A stretch of 64,000 nt of DNA from Microthyrium microscopicum (Eukaryota). Under the pieces are notes generated by a model. The model saw nothing but the letters and a program-made list of their open reading frames with translations. It was not told where the DNA came from and did not search any database. Shown piece after piece: positions 38,559-49,791 of the stretch. The stretch is taken from contig MU004240.1 of the NCBI GenBank assembly GCA_010405405.1, positions 1,146,882 through 1,210,881 on the forward strand, in the 5' to 3' direction. The translations under genes and the position numbers were made by a program. Within the stretch, counting starts at the first letter, position 1, and each line of letters begins with the position of its first letter.

Positions 38559-39800
38559 ATGCTTCTGTCTCGGAGCCTGCGCTCCGCCAGAACAATCACC
38601 AAAAACATACGCTCCAATTCTCCAGTCTTCCTCACAAATCATCGTAAAATGGCATCTTCCGCCTCCCCTCCGCGCCTTAAATACATAGACGTCTGTCCAT
38701 ACCACCTATGCCTCCGCCGTCCCCACGCTCACACCCGCTAGATTGGCATCAACCTCTCTGACCCCGTCTTCCGCGGCCTCTACCACGGCAAACAAGCGCA
38801 CGATGACGACCTCGCCGCTGTCATTCAACGCGCGCGCGATGCAGGCGTGGAGAAGATGATGGTCACTGGCTCAGACATCAAAGAGTCGCGCGCAGCCATT
38901 TCTGTAGCGCAAGAATACCGTATGATACACCTCATATCCACGCAATCGATACGTTCTGATTGAGTTGTCTAGCGGGCATATGCTATGCCACCGTAGGCAT
39001 CCACCCCTGCTCCGCAAACACCCTCACATCCCATCCCAACGGACGCGCCGCCGCGCTCGCAGAGCTAAAAGCGCTGGCGACGGAATCGGCCAAGGCGGGA
39101 CATACAGTGGCATTTGGCGAAATTGGACTGGACTATGATCGGTTTTATCTCGCCGAGAAGGAAGCACAGCTAGCTGCGTTTGAGGAGCAGTTGGACATGG
39201 CAGTCGAGCTACAATTACCGCTGTTTCTCCATATGCGTGCTGCGGCCGAGGATTTTGAGCGGCTGCTAAAAGCCAGGCTGGAGAAGTTGCCGAAGGGCGG
39301 GCTGGTGCATAGTTTTACGGGCAGTATGGAGGAGATGCGGAGCTTGGTGGAGCTGGGATTGGATGTGGGTGTGAATGGGTGTAGTTTGAAGACGGAGGAG
39401 AATTTGGTGGTGGTGAAGGAGGTCCCATTGGAGAGACTGCAGATTGAGACTGATGGGCCATGGGTAGGTTGCAGAAGTGGCTGAGTGAGAGGGGTTTAAC
39501 TAACCGGTGATAGTGTGAAATACGGCCGTCGCATGCTTCGCATAAGTTGCTAGTTGATGGGCCGGTGATACCGAAGGCTGTGAAGAAGGAGAGGTGGGCG
39601 GATGGGATGATGGTGAAGGGTCGGAATGAGCCTTGCACGATACCGCTGGTGGCTCACGTTATTGCTAAGCTAAAGGGCATTACGGTGGAAGAAGTATGTG
39701 AAGCGTAAGTTGAGACATCCCCTTACCCCCAGGCTGATGGGCTAATACTTGCAGTGCTTGGAATAACTCTGCGAAAATGTTTGGTCTCGGTATACCATAA
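38559..39800 (+). CDS. TatD family DNase (TATDN1-like), four introns; alternative ATG at 38649
   Basis: KYID/IGINLSDPVFRGLYHGK, TVGIHPC, FGEIGLDYDR, LPLFLHMR, VHSFTG, IETDGPW/CEIRPSH, KGRNEP; stop at TAA 39798-39800. Confidence 0.92.
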
Positions 39801-39884
39801 CAGGAATCACGATAGAGCAATAGAGAACATAGAAGGGGTATCAATAGAAACTAAGAGGATCATCTAATATGCATAACTTTTTCC

Positions 39885-41173
39885 TTAGTGGGTTGGCTTT
39901 CCATTTGCCAAAGTCTTATGCTCATAAGCTGCCGATAAAAGATCTCGCATACCTGCTCTACCATGCTGTGCAGCGAATGCGTCCATCAGCACAAGAGCCG
40001 CCATTGCTTCTACAATAGGAATTGCTCTGGGAACGACACAAGGATCGTGTCTTCCTTTTGCAGCTAGAACACCCTCCTCTTCATCATACATCGCCGTTGT
40101 CTGCGCTTGTCCAATGGTGGCTGGTGGCTTGAAAGCTACTGTGAAGTAGATGTGTGCTCCATTTGATATACCACCTTGGATGCCGCCCGAATTGTTGGTC
40201 TTTGTAGTCAGCCGTGGTCGTGGAACACCAGATGCCAATCCGCTCTGAGAGGGTGGCACCGCGGGCGATTTAATGAATGCATCGTTGTGAATGCTGCCAG
40301 GTATGCGACAACCGCCAAAGCCCGAGCCAACTTCAAAGCCTTTGGTGGCAGGTATCGAGAGCATAGCATGTGCGAGTTTAGCCTCAAGCTTGTCGAATAC
40401 AGGCTCACCTAATCCACTGGGTACATTACGGATAACGCATGTGACTGTGCCCCCGATACTATCCTCACGCTCCTTGAATTCGGTAACCAGATCCTCCATA
40501 CGTTTGGCGGCCTCAGTGTTCGGAGTGCGGACGGGGGCGAAGCTATCTACAGTTGGCCGATCGATAGTCTCCAATAATTTGAGAAACTCTGGATTTGTTG
40601 CCGGTGTAGGATGTGTAGCAGTTGGCGGGAAGAGATACTCGTCTCCAATCGAGCTCACGAAAGCCACGATATCCACCCCAGCGACGTCTCGTAGAAATTT
40701 CTCTGCAATGGCACCAGCGGCAACCCGTCCAATTGTCTCACGCGCACTACTTCTTCCTCCGCCACTGCTGGCACGTATGCCATATTTCTCTTGATATGTC
40801 CAATCTGCATGGCTCGGCCGAGGGAACTTGTCCATTGTGCTGTTGCCATAGTCTTTTGGTCTTTGGTTCTCATTCATGACGCGCATGGCGATTGGGGTGC
40901 CGAGTGCCTTGCCAAACTCGGTGCCGCTCTGGATTTCAACACGGTCTTTCTCATCGCGAGGAGTTGTGATTGCGGATTGGCCCGGTCGGCGGCGTGTCAG
41001 TTGAGGTTGTATATCAGCTTCGGAAATTTCGAGGGTTGGTGGCACGCCGTCAATGATGACTCCGACACTTAGGCAATGACTTTCGCCATATCTAGAAATG
41101 TTAGTTTCGTTTTGATGCAGAGATGAGGTGACATGTACGTGTGGACTTTGAAGAAGTTGCCAAAGGTAGACAT
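39885..41173 (-). CDS. ARO2: Chorismate synthase; intron 41092-41138
   Basis: [67 protein letters not shown]. Confidence 0.97.
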
Positions 41174-41238
41174 GGCGGCTCAGAGATAGGAAGAGAATGA
41201 GCAAGAAATCTGCTTGAATGTAAGGTAGGCTCTTTTTA

Positions 41239-41245
41239 TGAGTCA
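41239..41245. promoter_or_regulatory. Gcn4/CPC1 consensus TGAGTCA upstream of ARO2
   Basis: Exact consensus about 66 bp upstream of the ARO2 ATG; amino-acid biosynthesis genes are classic cross-pathway-control targets. Confidence 0.55.
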
Positions 41246-41907
41246 AGTGGAGAGCTCCGAATTGCTGGAAAAATAACTGACAATGGAATGGAGTTAGCGG
41301 GGGCCGATATCGGGTTTGTGGCTTCACAAAAACTCAAGTCTGATTGGCTGGATGCTCCACCCCCTTTTTAGCTATTATGATCTGATTCTGATCTGATTGC
41401 CACGGTACATGGCATGGAATAAGTGTAATCAATCATCTCTGGAAGTGTTCTATTTTCTCCACTACTTTGCCAAATGCACCCCGCACACACAAGCATATCA
41501 CAAGAATGCAATCCCATTCCACTAGCAAAGTCAGAGCAATTTTTGAAAAGACAAGGCCTGAGAATTCAGCCTCGTCTTCAGCCTTATTCGCCTCTAAACC
41601 TTCACCCCTTCTACCTCCCACTTCTCACCTCTCATCTCTAAACTTTGCAATAATTCTTGACAATCCCCTTGTTGATCATGGTAATATCACAATGTCTTTG
41701 TTGAGGGTGAAGTGACTGGAGCCTGGTGACCTGAGATGACGCATTAGGCTTCCTAACCTCAGTTCCCATCCTCTTAAAAAGCCGGTTGAGCTATTTCCTA
41801 AACCTTCCAACTCCATTCCACCCCAACCACCATCCTGAAGCTTCTATTACGCTTAATTATCCAACGATCTGTCTTTTCGAACTTTTTCCAAGCCAATCAA
41901 CAATACT

Positions 41908-42903
41908 ATGTCTCTCACAACCCTGCCAGCAGAATTGCGCGTCATGATATTTGAATACCTCCTAATTTCTCCCTCTGGACGAACCCACAACTTGAGAACT
42001 GTCAAGGGATCTTCTCATCGAACTTGGTTGCCGCCTTCGAATGTTTCCAAGGTTCGGGACAATCCGACACTCTGCCCGTCTATCCTGTTGGCCTGCCGCT
42101 TGTTCCACGAGGAAGGACGAAAGATGCTATATTCCCAGAACAGCTTCCTCATATCTTGGCCGGTAGCCTTTCAGACTGCCCAGCCGCTACTCCGCGATGA
42201 TCAGTCATGCATCACGAAGCTAGTTTTCCAGGATTCGTCGATTGCTAGATCCTTCATCACCAACGCCAACAAGGTCGGATCATTTCCAGCTCTCCAATCA
42301 GTTACATTCATCATCACTGGCTTTGAGACCCTGATTGCTATGCAGCATCTTCAAGGCCATGGTCTTCACCCTGTCACTGCACACACCGCGGTCTGGCGTC
42401 TGATGATCACCAAATTTCGCCAACAGTATCCATCACTCAAACGATTCGAATGTCAATTCGAGCAACACCAGTGCCCAATTCCACATGAGCCACCGATGTC
42501 CGATGCTGTACTCCCTGATCAGATATTGCGCGCTATATCATGTTCGCAACAAAGCCACGAGTTCCGCTTCAAAGGCTACGCTGATTGGCTGGATATGAAT
42601 AATGACCAGGAAACGGATGCCGAATGGTCGTACTCCACCCATCCACGAGCCAAATATCATCTTCCCCTCAATTTCGACCATCACCGTACTCGAATGCAGA
42701 AGATTCGCGAATGGTTGGGTAACGAGAAAGAAGATTTCAAGTTCCGGTTCGAGACGGAGACTTCATGGGAGCATGTACCTCGGATCTTGATCAAGATGAT
42801 TGCTGTGCAGAAACCTTCAACCACTATTCCGTGTCAAGTCTCCGGAGTCTGGGGGCGTATGTCACGAGTGGAGGAGTTGGACGATTTGGCCCAGGAAGTC
42901 TAG
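41908..42903 (+). CDS. Hypothetical protein with an N-terminal F-box-like motif
   Basis: LTTLPAELRVMIFEYLL...PSILLACRLFHEEGRKMLYSQNSF; intronless 331-aa ORF. Confidence 0.7.
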   Translation: MSLTTLPAELRVMIFEYLLISPSGRTHNLRTVKGSSHRTWLPPSNVSKVRDNPTLCPSILLACRLFHEEGRKMLYSQNSFLISWPVAFQTAQPLLRDDQSCITKLVFQDSSIARSFITNANKVGSFPALQSVTFIITGFETLIAMQHLQGHGLHPVTAHTAVWRLMITKFRQQYPSLKRFECQFEQHQCPIPHEPPMSDAVLPDQILRAISCSQQSHEFRFKGYADWLDMNNDQETDAEWSYSTHPRAKYHLPLNFDHHRTRMQKIREWLGNEKEDFKFRFETETSWEHVPRILIKMIAVQKPSTTIPCQVSGVWGRMSRVEELDDLAQEV

Positions 42904-43574
42904 CCATAAAAGTCTAGCATGTGATGATAACCACACTTTAGAGCAATGATTGGAAGGAAAACCTCTTTGGTTTTGTATATTGCGAATTATACTTGATTAA
43001 GCATGACTGAATAAGTGGTGGCTAATGGTTGGCTATCGCTCTGAGAAGTCAGGATCAGGAATATTTATAATTCGTAAAGAAATGAAGGAAATGAGTTGTA
43101 TAACTTGGAGTCGCTGCCAGGTCTACCATGGGTATGACAGTTGGTATATATGGTTCAAATAGAATTAGCAATGCTATGGTGACTGAAACATTTGATATAA
43201 GGCTCCAAATCATAACTACAAACAATTGGTAAAGGTTAGATCAAGCGTCTCGAACAAAGGAAAGTGCATCGCAACAAAGCGCTCCCTGGCTCGGGGGTGA
43301 ATGACAAGGAGCTCTCAGATAATAGAAATTGGGAAATCTGTGTTGCAGAGAGATGCGTTCGATGCAATCTAAGTTGGGTTCACAGACCAGATTGTTTGTC
43401 ATGTAAGAAGCTGTCGTGTTGTTGACTAATCGAATCCAATATATTCGGGTATCTTCAGTAATAAACATCAAGTTGGAAGAGCGGCATCAGATTGAGCCAC
43501 CCAAGTATTGAATAGCGGAACCATTGACTAGACTTCTGGAGGTGAAGTAATCTATAACCGTTTCCGAGATAAAC

Positions 43575-44885
43575 TTATGCACCTTCTGAAGAAACTGTAC
43601 CCTCCAAAGGGCCTTTTCGAGTGATCATGTCCATATACATGGTGACCTCTACCTCTTCTCCTCCTTTGAGTCTCCTCTTACAACGCGGAAATCTAAAGCC
43701 GTCAGCCTCGGGAAGCTTCTTTCGGAGGTTGAAACTCTTTTGAATCATATCTCGGAAACGCTGTCCCTCAACATAGCAAGGACTAGATCAAAATCATTAG
43801 TACACGGCGGTCTCACAATAGACCATGTCAGATCATGTTTATACTTACGCATACCCCAATTCCAAGCCCGTGATCTCATGCTTTTCATCTTCAGCATCAA
43901 GAATCATATCGAGGCTGATAAAAGCGGCAGGCCAAAAGTTTGCATCATCCGCAATAATCTGTGGGCAACAGAAGCTGGGTGCTACACAGAGCACCACTGT
44001 TGATTCGTCGATTTCTAGCAATCCCCAGGGATCGTCCAGTGCAGTGATGTTGAAATGGTTCAAGACGCTCTTGTCTTTGTTCTTGGTCAAGGCCGGGTCC
44101 TGAGCAAAAAATTCGACCTTCTTCGCGCCTAGCTCCTCGAGAATTCCTCCAATAGCCCAAAGAGCAGCGTACTGGATTAACTCCTGGAGCTTATTGCTAA
44201 AAAAATCTTCGCGATCTAGACAGTTGTAAGCCCGCACAAGAGATCCCAAGGCTATGCCAACTACTTTTGTTGGCACATAATCCATCTTTGCTAGCTCGTC
44301 TTTGATAGCAGTGGCCATGTCTCCTCTTCGCCATATCTCTGCTTGTTTCGCGAACTCCAATTTCAGAGTCTCTGTAGTGACTTTGTCTTCGGAATACCAA
44401 AAAAGTTTCCGGTCTACGTAGTCAATGTGTATTGGTTGTAAGTCATATTTCTGATTTCTGACGCGCTTGGCGTATCTTTCAAGATGATGAAATGCAACGT
44501 AGCCAAGGCACGGTACACCGTATTTGGTGCAATCGACTGGAGTCTTATAGGTTATACCATTCCACGATTTGATTCGAATTATATCAGCTCCTTCTGCAAT
44601 CTGACGTGCTGCACTTCGTAATTGGTCGCGAGGGTACATAGGCTTGCCTTCAGCGTAGAGTTGCTGGAGGGCTAAGACTTTTTTGTTGGTTCGCTCGTCC
44701 AGTTCGTCGTCTGATTCGAAGACGTTCTTAACATTTGACTCCTCACCTTCGTCTGAACTGTAAAGGATAGATGCAGTGTCAGATACTGTGACATCATCTT
44801 CAAGGAGGTTGCGATCCTGAGTTGCGAAGTGTTCGTCATCCGCCGCTGGGAATATTGTCTGCAAGGGCTCTAGTTGTTTGTTCAA
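43575..44885 (-). CDS. SRR1-like domain protein; last intron about 43783-43854; start unresolved
   Basis: KVVGIALGSL...QYAAL...FFAQDPALTKNKDKSVLNHFNITALDDPWGLLEIDESTVV is the fungal SRR1 pattern. A GTATGC..CTAAT..CTAG intron extends the frame to TAA at 43575. Confidence 0.72.
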
Positions 44886-45871
44886 TGTCTGATAGTAAGA
44901 AGAGTACCGAAGTCATTGTTCAGGCTCTATAATTGTTTTATTATTGGCATGGGCCAGCGGAAGACAGGGGAAAATGGGCACCTTATGTTTTAGTCGCGGG
45001 TTGACAAGTATTTAATCGTTTTAGGGGAATCAGATTGACATATTACAATATATAGTAAGCTATCTAAGGTACACTTCACACGAGAATGCAGCGAAAAGGC
45101 AATTATTGTGACGGAGTATAGCGTTTCTGCATCATGCAGACAGGCAGGCCGATACTAGTGAAGGTAAGATCGAGTTACAGAATATTGATGAATTGGACAT
45201 GGATTGATAAGGTAGTAGCGAGTTAACTTGAGCAGAAGATCGAGGGAGTGACCTCTTGGGCAAGACTGAACTTGCTTTCAAGCTGCGTAACTTTGCACAG
45301 GGAGCATGTCGGAGCAAATAGCTTGTCACATATGAAGCATATAGATGTTCTGCTCGTATTCTCACACCCTGTTTCTCATGGTAAGTACTATCATGACAGT
45401 ACTCCAGATATGCTCAAAAGGCGTGAACAAACCATAGGACCTCTACCTATACAAAAAAATTCTAGAACAAAGCACTCTCTAAGTACATGGAAATAAAATG
45501 CCAAAAGCGCTCTAGCCGATGAGGCATCTGTTCAGAACAAATGCTTCATAACCTACCTACCATAGCGTGGAAGGGGGAGTAATAGAAATCATTGCCAGCG
45601 ATGTTTTGGAAGAGCGCGGAGTTGTTATAGAAATGTTATGAAGGGATCGTTTTCCTGTTCTAGTGTTATGTAACTTTGGCTACAATAGAAGTCGATCTTC
45701 TTCTACTTTAAGCGTTTTTAGCTAAAAGGGGCAACGAATCTCTTAAACTTCCCTCCAGTCAGAGATATTCCAGTTAGACAAATTACCAGACCGTGAGACC
45801 TATCTATCTAATCTCTTCCTGGCACTTGCATTGCCTCCTCTTGGTTTATCAGTGTTCACTGGCACAACAAG

Positions 45872-47176
45872 ATGTCCGTTTCCTTCCAATTGTTGCATAA
45901 CCTTCCAGCTGAGCTTAGACTCATGACTTTTCGATATCTACTGGTTTCTGCGTCAGAGCAAATACATACTCTGACTTATGTAGACGCCGTAACTCCACTG
46001 GTATCCAGCGCGTTCATAACTCTCTGTAACAGGTACCTCTCGTACACTGTTCCCTGAGATCCTGGCCACATGTCGCCAATTCTACGACGAAGTAAAGCAT
46101 ATCCTATACGACAACCGCTTCTTGCTTCCGCGAGATCCGCTCTTCTCTTATCTTCCAAATGGTCAATCGCTGAGTACTGAGCCTTACAAGATGCTGGATG
46201 CAAACACTATATCTCACATTACCCATCTTGTCTTTGATTACGATCTAGTGGCCAAGACTTTTGTTGTTGGGCCTGGACCTTGGGTTACGGCGGAGCACCT
46301 GAAAATGAAACGGAAACGACTATCTGACCTCTTTGTTGGTGATACTGCAGTAACATGTATTGTAGCACTCAAGACGCTATCAGCGCCAACGCACCGGAAA
46401 GCAAGCTGGCCTGCGCCTAGCTATGGTTGGCGCAATTCGATAAAAGCATTTCAAGAGCGACGCCCTCCGCTAAAGAAAATAGAGTACTGGTTTCATCCAC
46501 CTCTGAATGAGTTGAACCCAGTGCCAATGAGAGGAAATCCAGATGATACCACTCCATGGGAGCGCTCAGCAAAAAAGATTTTGGGAGCATATGACGCGTG
46601 GCTGGGTCAACCATACCAAGGTACGGAACTGATCATGGCAACGGACAGAATCTAGGGGTAAATCCTCAGCAACAGTCATCGCAGCTGAACGCAGTCCTAC
46701 CTGCAGTCCAAGATGGAGATGACATCGCAGCTCGGCCGTTGAAAGTGGGTTTCGACGCAGAGAATGGATGTATATTCCACGCAGATTCAAAGTGGCCACT
46801 GCCTTTGAAATTTACACTACATCAACATCGCGTGCGGATGGTTCGTGAATGGCTTTCGCACAAACCTATTGCTAGCAATTTGAAGTACAATAGTTCTGGT
46901 TCTGGTTATTTTCAGCCAGTTGACTCTCAGTGGGCCGATGGTGCGGATGAGCTAGATTACTGGGACTACTCTTTCCAGACACGTACACGCTTTCAGCACC
47001 GTTCACAAGTACGAGTGCATATGACTTTGGTCTCAACGCCATCTACTCATGCCTTGTGTCAGATCGTAGGAGATTGGGGTCACATGTCACGCATGGAGGC
47101 ATTGGAGTTAGCAAAACCGGGAAAGAAAGATTTCTATTGGAATTGTCAGTCGACAGTGTGGCTTTACTGCCATTAG
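45872..47176 (+). pseudogene. Disrupted paralog of the 41908-42903 F-box-like gene
   Basis: Three frames carry consecutive homologous blocks: LHNLPAELRLMTFRYLLVS; LFPEILATCRQFYDEVKHILYDNRF...ITHLVFD; WPLPLKFTLHQHRVRMVREWL...CQIVGDWGHMSRMEALEL. Confidence 0.65.
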
Positions 47177-48212
47177 CACTGTTTGGGGTCATATGCAGGT
47201 ATCAGGTGACAACTTTGTGGCTATTTTGCCATTGGAGGTTCAATGTCTGTCACGGAGGTGTTGTTGACCGGTGATAGTCAGCCCTGGTGTTAACTGTGGG
47301 CGGAATGACTATTGGATTGTCATGGTGATATTGAGAAACGGGATTGCAGCTTGCTGCTTTGCAGTATAGTGTCTATCTTGGGTGTGCTATGTGCTGGAGT
47401 GCTTACGCCCGTTTGCGAAAAGTGATGATCACTGACCCTCCCCCTTATATCACTTTTTATACAGACGTCTACCAATCACAGGCTTGATAAACTATTTGAA
47501 GTTCGGTATCATCGATTTAGCGTCCCAGATAACTACATTCCCTTAGCTATTTAGGTTGTGATTGGTTAGAACGCTGCGGTTTTCATGAACACCAACATAC
47601 AGAGGGGTGTCTAGGTGCTCATCACTTTTCGCAAACAGGTGTAATTGTTTAGTTTTAGCACTGAGAGTCTAAGGGACGATACAACTGAGTGATAGAGGGA
47701 GCAACAATATATCCATCCAATGTTGAAAGTCGCTTCAGTCAATCTCGCCATATGCGTCAACAGAGTAGCTTTGCCTTGCCATTTTCGTCGTGTGGGAGCA
47801 TGCACTTCTTCATCGAATTTCATTCATAAATTGACAGCATATGTAACTATTCCACTACCTCTCCGTGATTGCCATTAATCATTCCTAAAAATTCTACTGT
47901 TGGTTGCGATAGCGCTACTTTGAAGGTTGCAGAAACGAAGCCAGCCTTGTTCGCTAAACATAATGTTCAGCCTGATGGATTGAAGCGTGGCGAGGCTGCA
48001 CCGCAACCGATCGATCGGAATTGCTCTCGGCCCGACCTTCCCCACCAAAGCCATCTTGACCACCACCAAACTTGGACGTAACTTTCCCACTCCTCCGTTT
48101 CCATACCATTCTTCGCCTTCTCGACTGACTCATCTCCTCGACCGTGCCTCTACTTAAACCGCCAACAAACTCAACATCTCACCAAGCTCTTGACCCAATA
48201 CCATCGCCCCAC

Positions 48213-49133
48213 ATGTCGAAAGCACAAACTACCCAAGGTCGAACTGACTGGGCCGAGGACGACGACGACGATGCCATTACCCTCCCACCCACGCAAATCA
48301 ATAAGAATAAGGATGGAACTGAAACGATAATCTCGTATCGTCTCGATGATCAAGGACGTAAAGTCAAGACAACTCGCAGAATAAAGAAAGTTACCGTACG
48401 ACATACAGTTAACCCCCGCGTTGCCGAACGAAAACAATGGGCAAAATTCGGTGTAGAGGTAAACAAACCGAAGGGCCCTACCGCAGATACCACGAGCGTA
48501 GGTGAAGATATTGCGCTCAAGCTTAGCATGAACTACAAGGCCGCTCAACAAGAAGAAAAGAGCGCGATCGAGCAAAAGAAGGTGTCGCTAAAGGAAACCA
48601 AGATCAAGTGTCGTATCTGCAGTGGCGAACATTGGACATCAAAGTGCCCATACAAAGACACCATGGCACCTGAGGGCGAGCCGGCTCCAGGTGTAGCGGA
48701 TGACGAAGGCTCACAAAACGAAGGAGTTGGTGGACTCGGACAAGGTGGTTCAAGTTATGTCCCACCTCATCTTCGTGGAAAAGCTGGTGTTACTGGCGAG
48801 CGCATGGGTGGTGGAAAATACGATCGCGATGATCTGGCGACGCTGAGAGTTACGAACGTCAGCGAATTTGCGGAGGAAGGCGAGCTCAGAGAAATCTTTG
48901 GTCGGTTTGGTCATGTTACTCGCGTGTTCCTGGCAAAAGACCGAGATACTGGTCGCGCAAAGGGCTTTGCTTTCATCAGTTACTCGGATCGGGCTGAAGC
49001 TCAACGGGCTTGCGACAAGATGGATGGCTGTAAGTTCTTTTCGAATATTGTCTCGAAACTATTTGCTAACTTCAACACAGTTGGTTATCATCACTTGATC
49101 CTTAAGGTGGAATTCGCAAAGAAGTCGACATAG
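48213..49133 (+). CDS. TIF35: Translation initiation factor eIF3 subunit g; intron 49030-49080
   Basis: [28 protein letters not shown], zinc knuckle [33 protein letters not shown]...KGFAFISY. Confidence 0.96.
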   Translation: MSKAQTTQGRTDWAEDDDDDAITLPPTQINKNKDGTETIISYRLDDQGRKVKTTRRIKKVTVRHTVNPRVAERKQWAKFGVEVNKPKGPTADTTSVGEDIALKLSMNYKAAQQEEKSAIEQKKVSLKETKIKCRICSGEHWTSKCPYKDTMAPEGEPAPGVADDEGSQNEGVGGLGQGGSSYVPPHLRGKAGVTGERMGGGKYDRDDLATLRVTNVSEFAEEGELREIFGRFGHVTRVFLAKDRDTGRAKGFAFISYSDRAEAQRACDKMDGCKFFSNIVSKLFANFNTVGYHHLILKVEFAKKST

Positions 49134-49791
49134 TATAGAACTGATCAGAGGACAAAAACTGGAGGTGATGACTCGCTTGAGCATCAACGGAACACTGCCT
49201 GTCACTGGAAGGAAGGTCGAGGGGTCTATGACCTTGTTATGAATAATTTATGGGCATCATTGCCGTTGCTATACTTTCTCCAGAAGCTGATACTCGTCAC
49301 TTTTACTTCTTTGATTTCATTTTCAGGCCTTTGTTCTTCTATACCAAAGCTCCTTCTGCTCTTATTATAAATTAGGTGTTGCGACTTTGAGTGTAGGCTT
49401 TGTATGCATATGCAATTTCAAAGAGGAAAATAAAAAGGGGTGGGATGAACCTCGGAGGAGCTTGAGTCTGAGCTTCTTTTTTGGCTTCGTCAGCCCCCCG
49501 TCGTTTGGTGTTCGTTTCCAACTTTAGACGAATCCAGATCATATCTCTTTTAACTGCGCCACCAACAAATACGACTCCCTTCTCGACTCAGCTCTTGTCA
49601 GCTCTGCTTCTCTGAATACTTGTTCATTATATCTTTGTTTCCCTGCATTTTTCGGCGTCTTCTTACCGTTCCCATTACCTCCGACTATCCGCCCAGGCGT
49701 TCCGAGCCACTGTTTCAGTGCTTATAGCCTCAACTCGGCCGATATGCGACTATAGAAGCACAGCGAAAACCGCCCAACGAAACGTACAATC

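Noticed and set aside
8733..39800. MLH3, TFB2 and TatD as a DNA-repair cluster
   Set aside because: Widely spaced and separated by unrelated genes; no evidence of co-regulation.
41174..41327. N-terminal extension of the 480-aa ARO2 ORF
   Set aside because: ORF-caller read-through of a 47-nt intron; the conserved MSTFG start at 41173 is in another frame.
48144..48212. GTG-initiated extension of TIF35
   Set aside because: Non-ATG start in a eukaryote; ATG 48213 precedes the conserved DWA motif.
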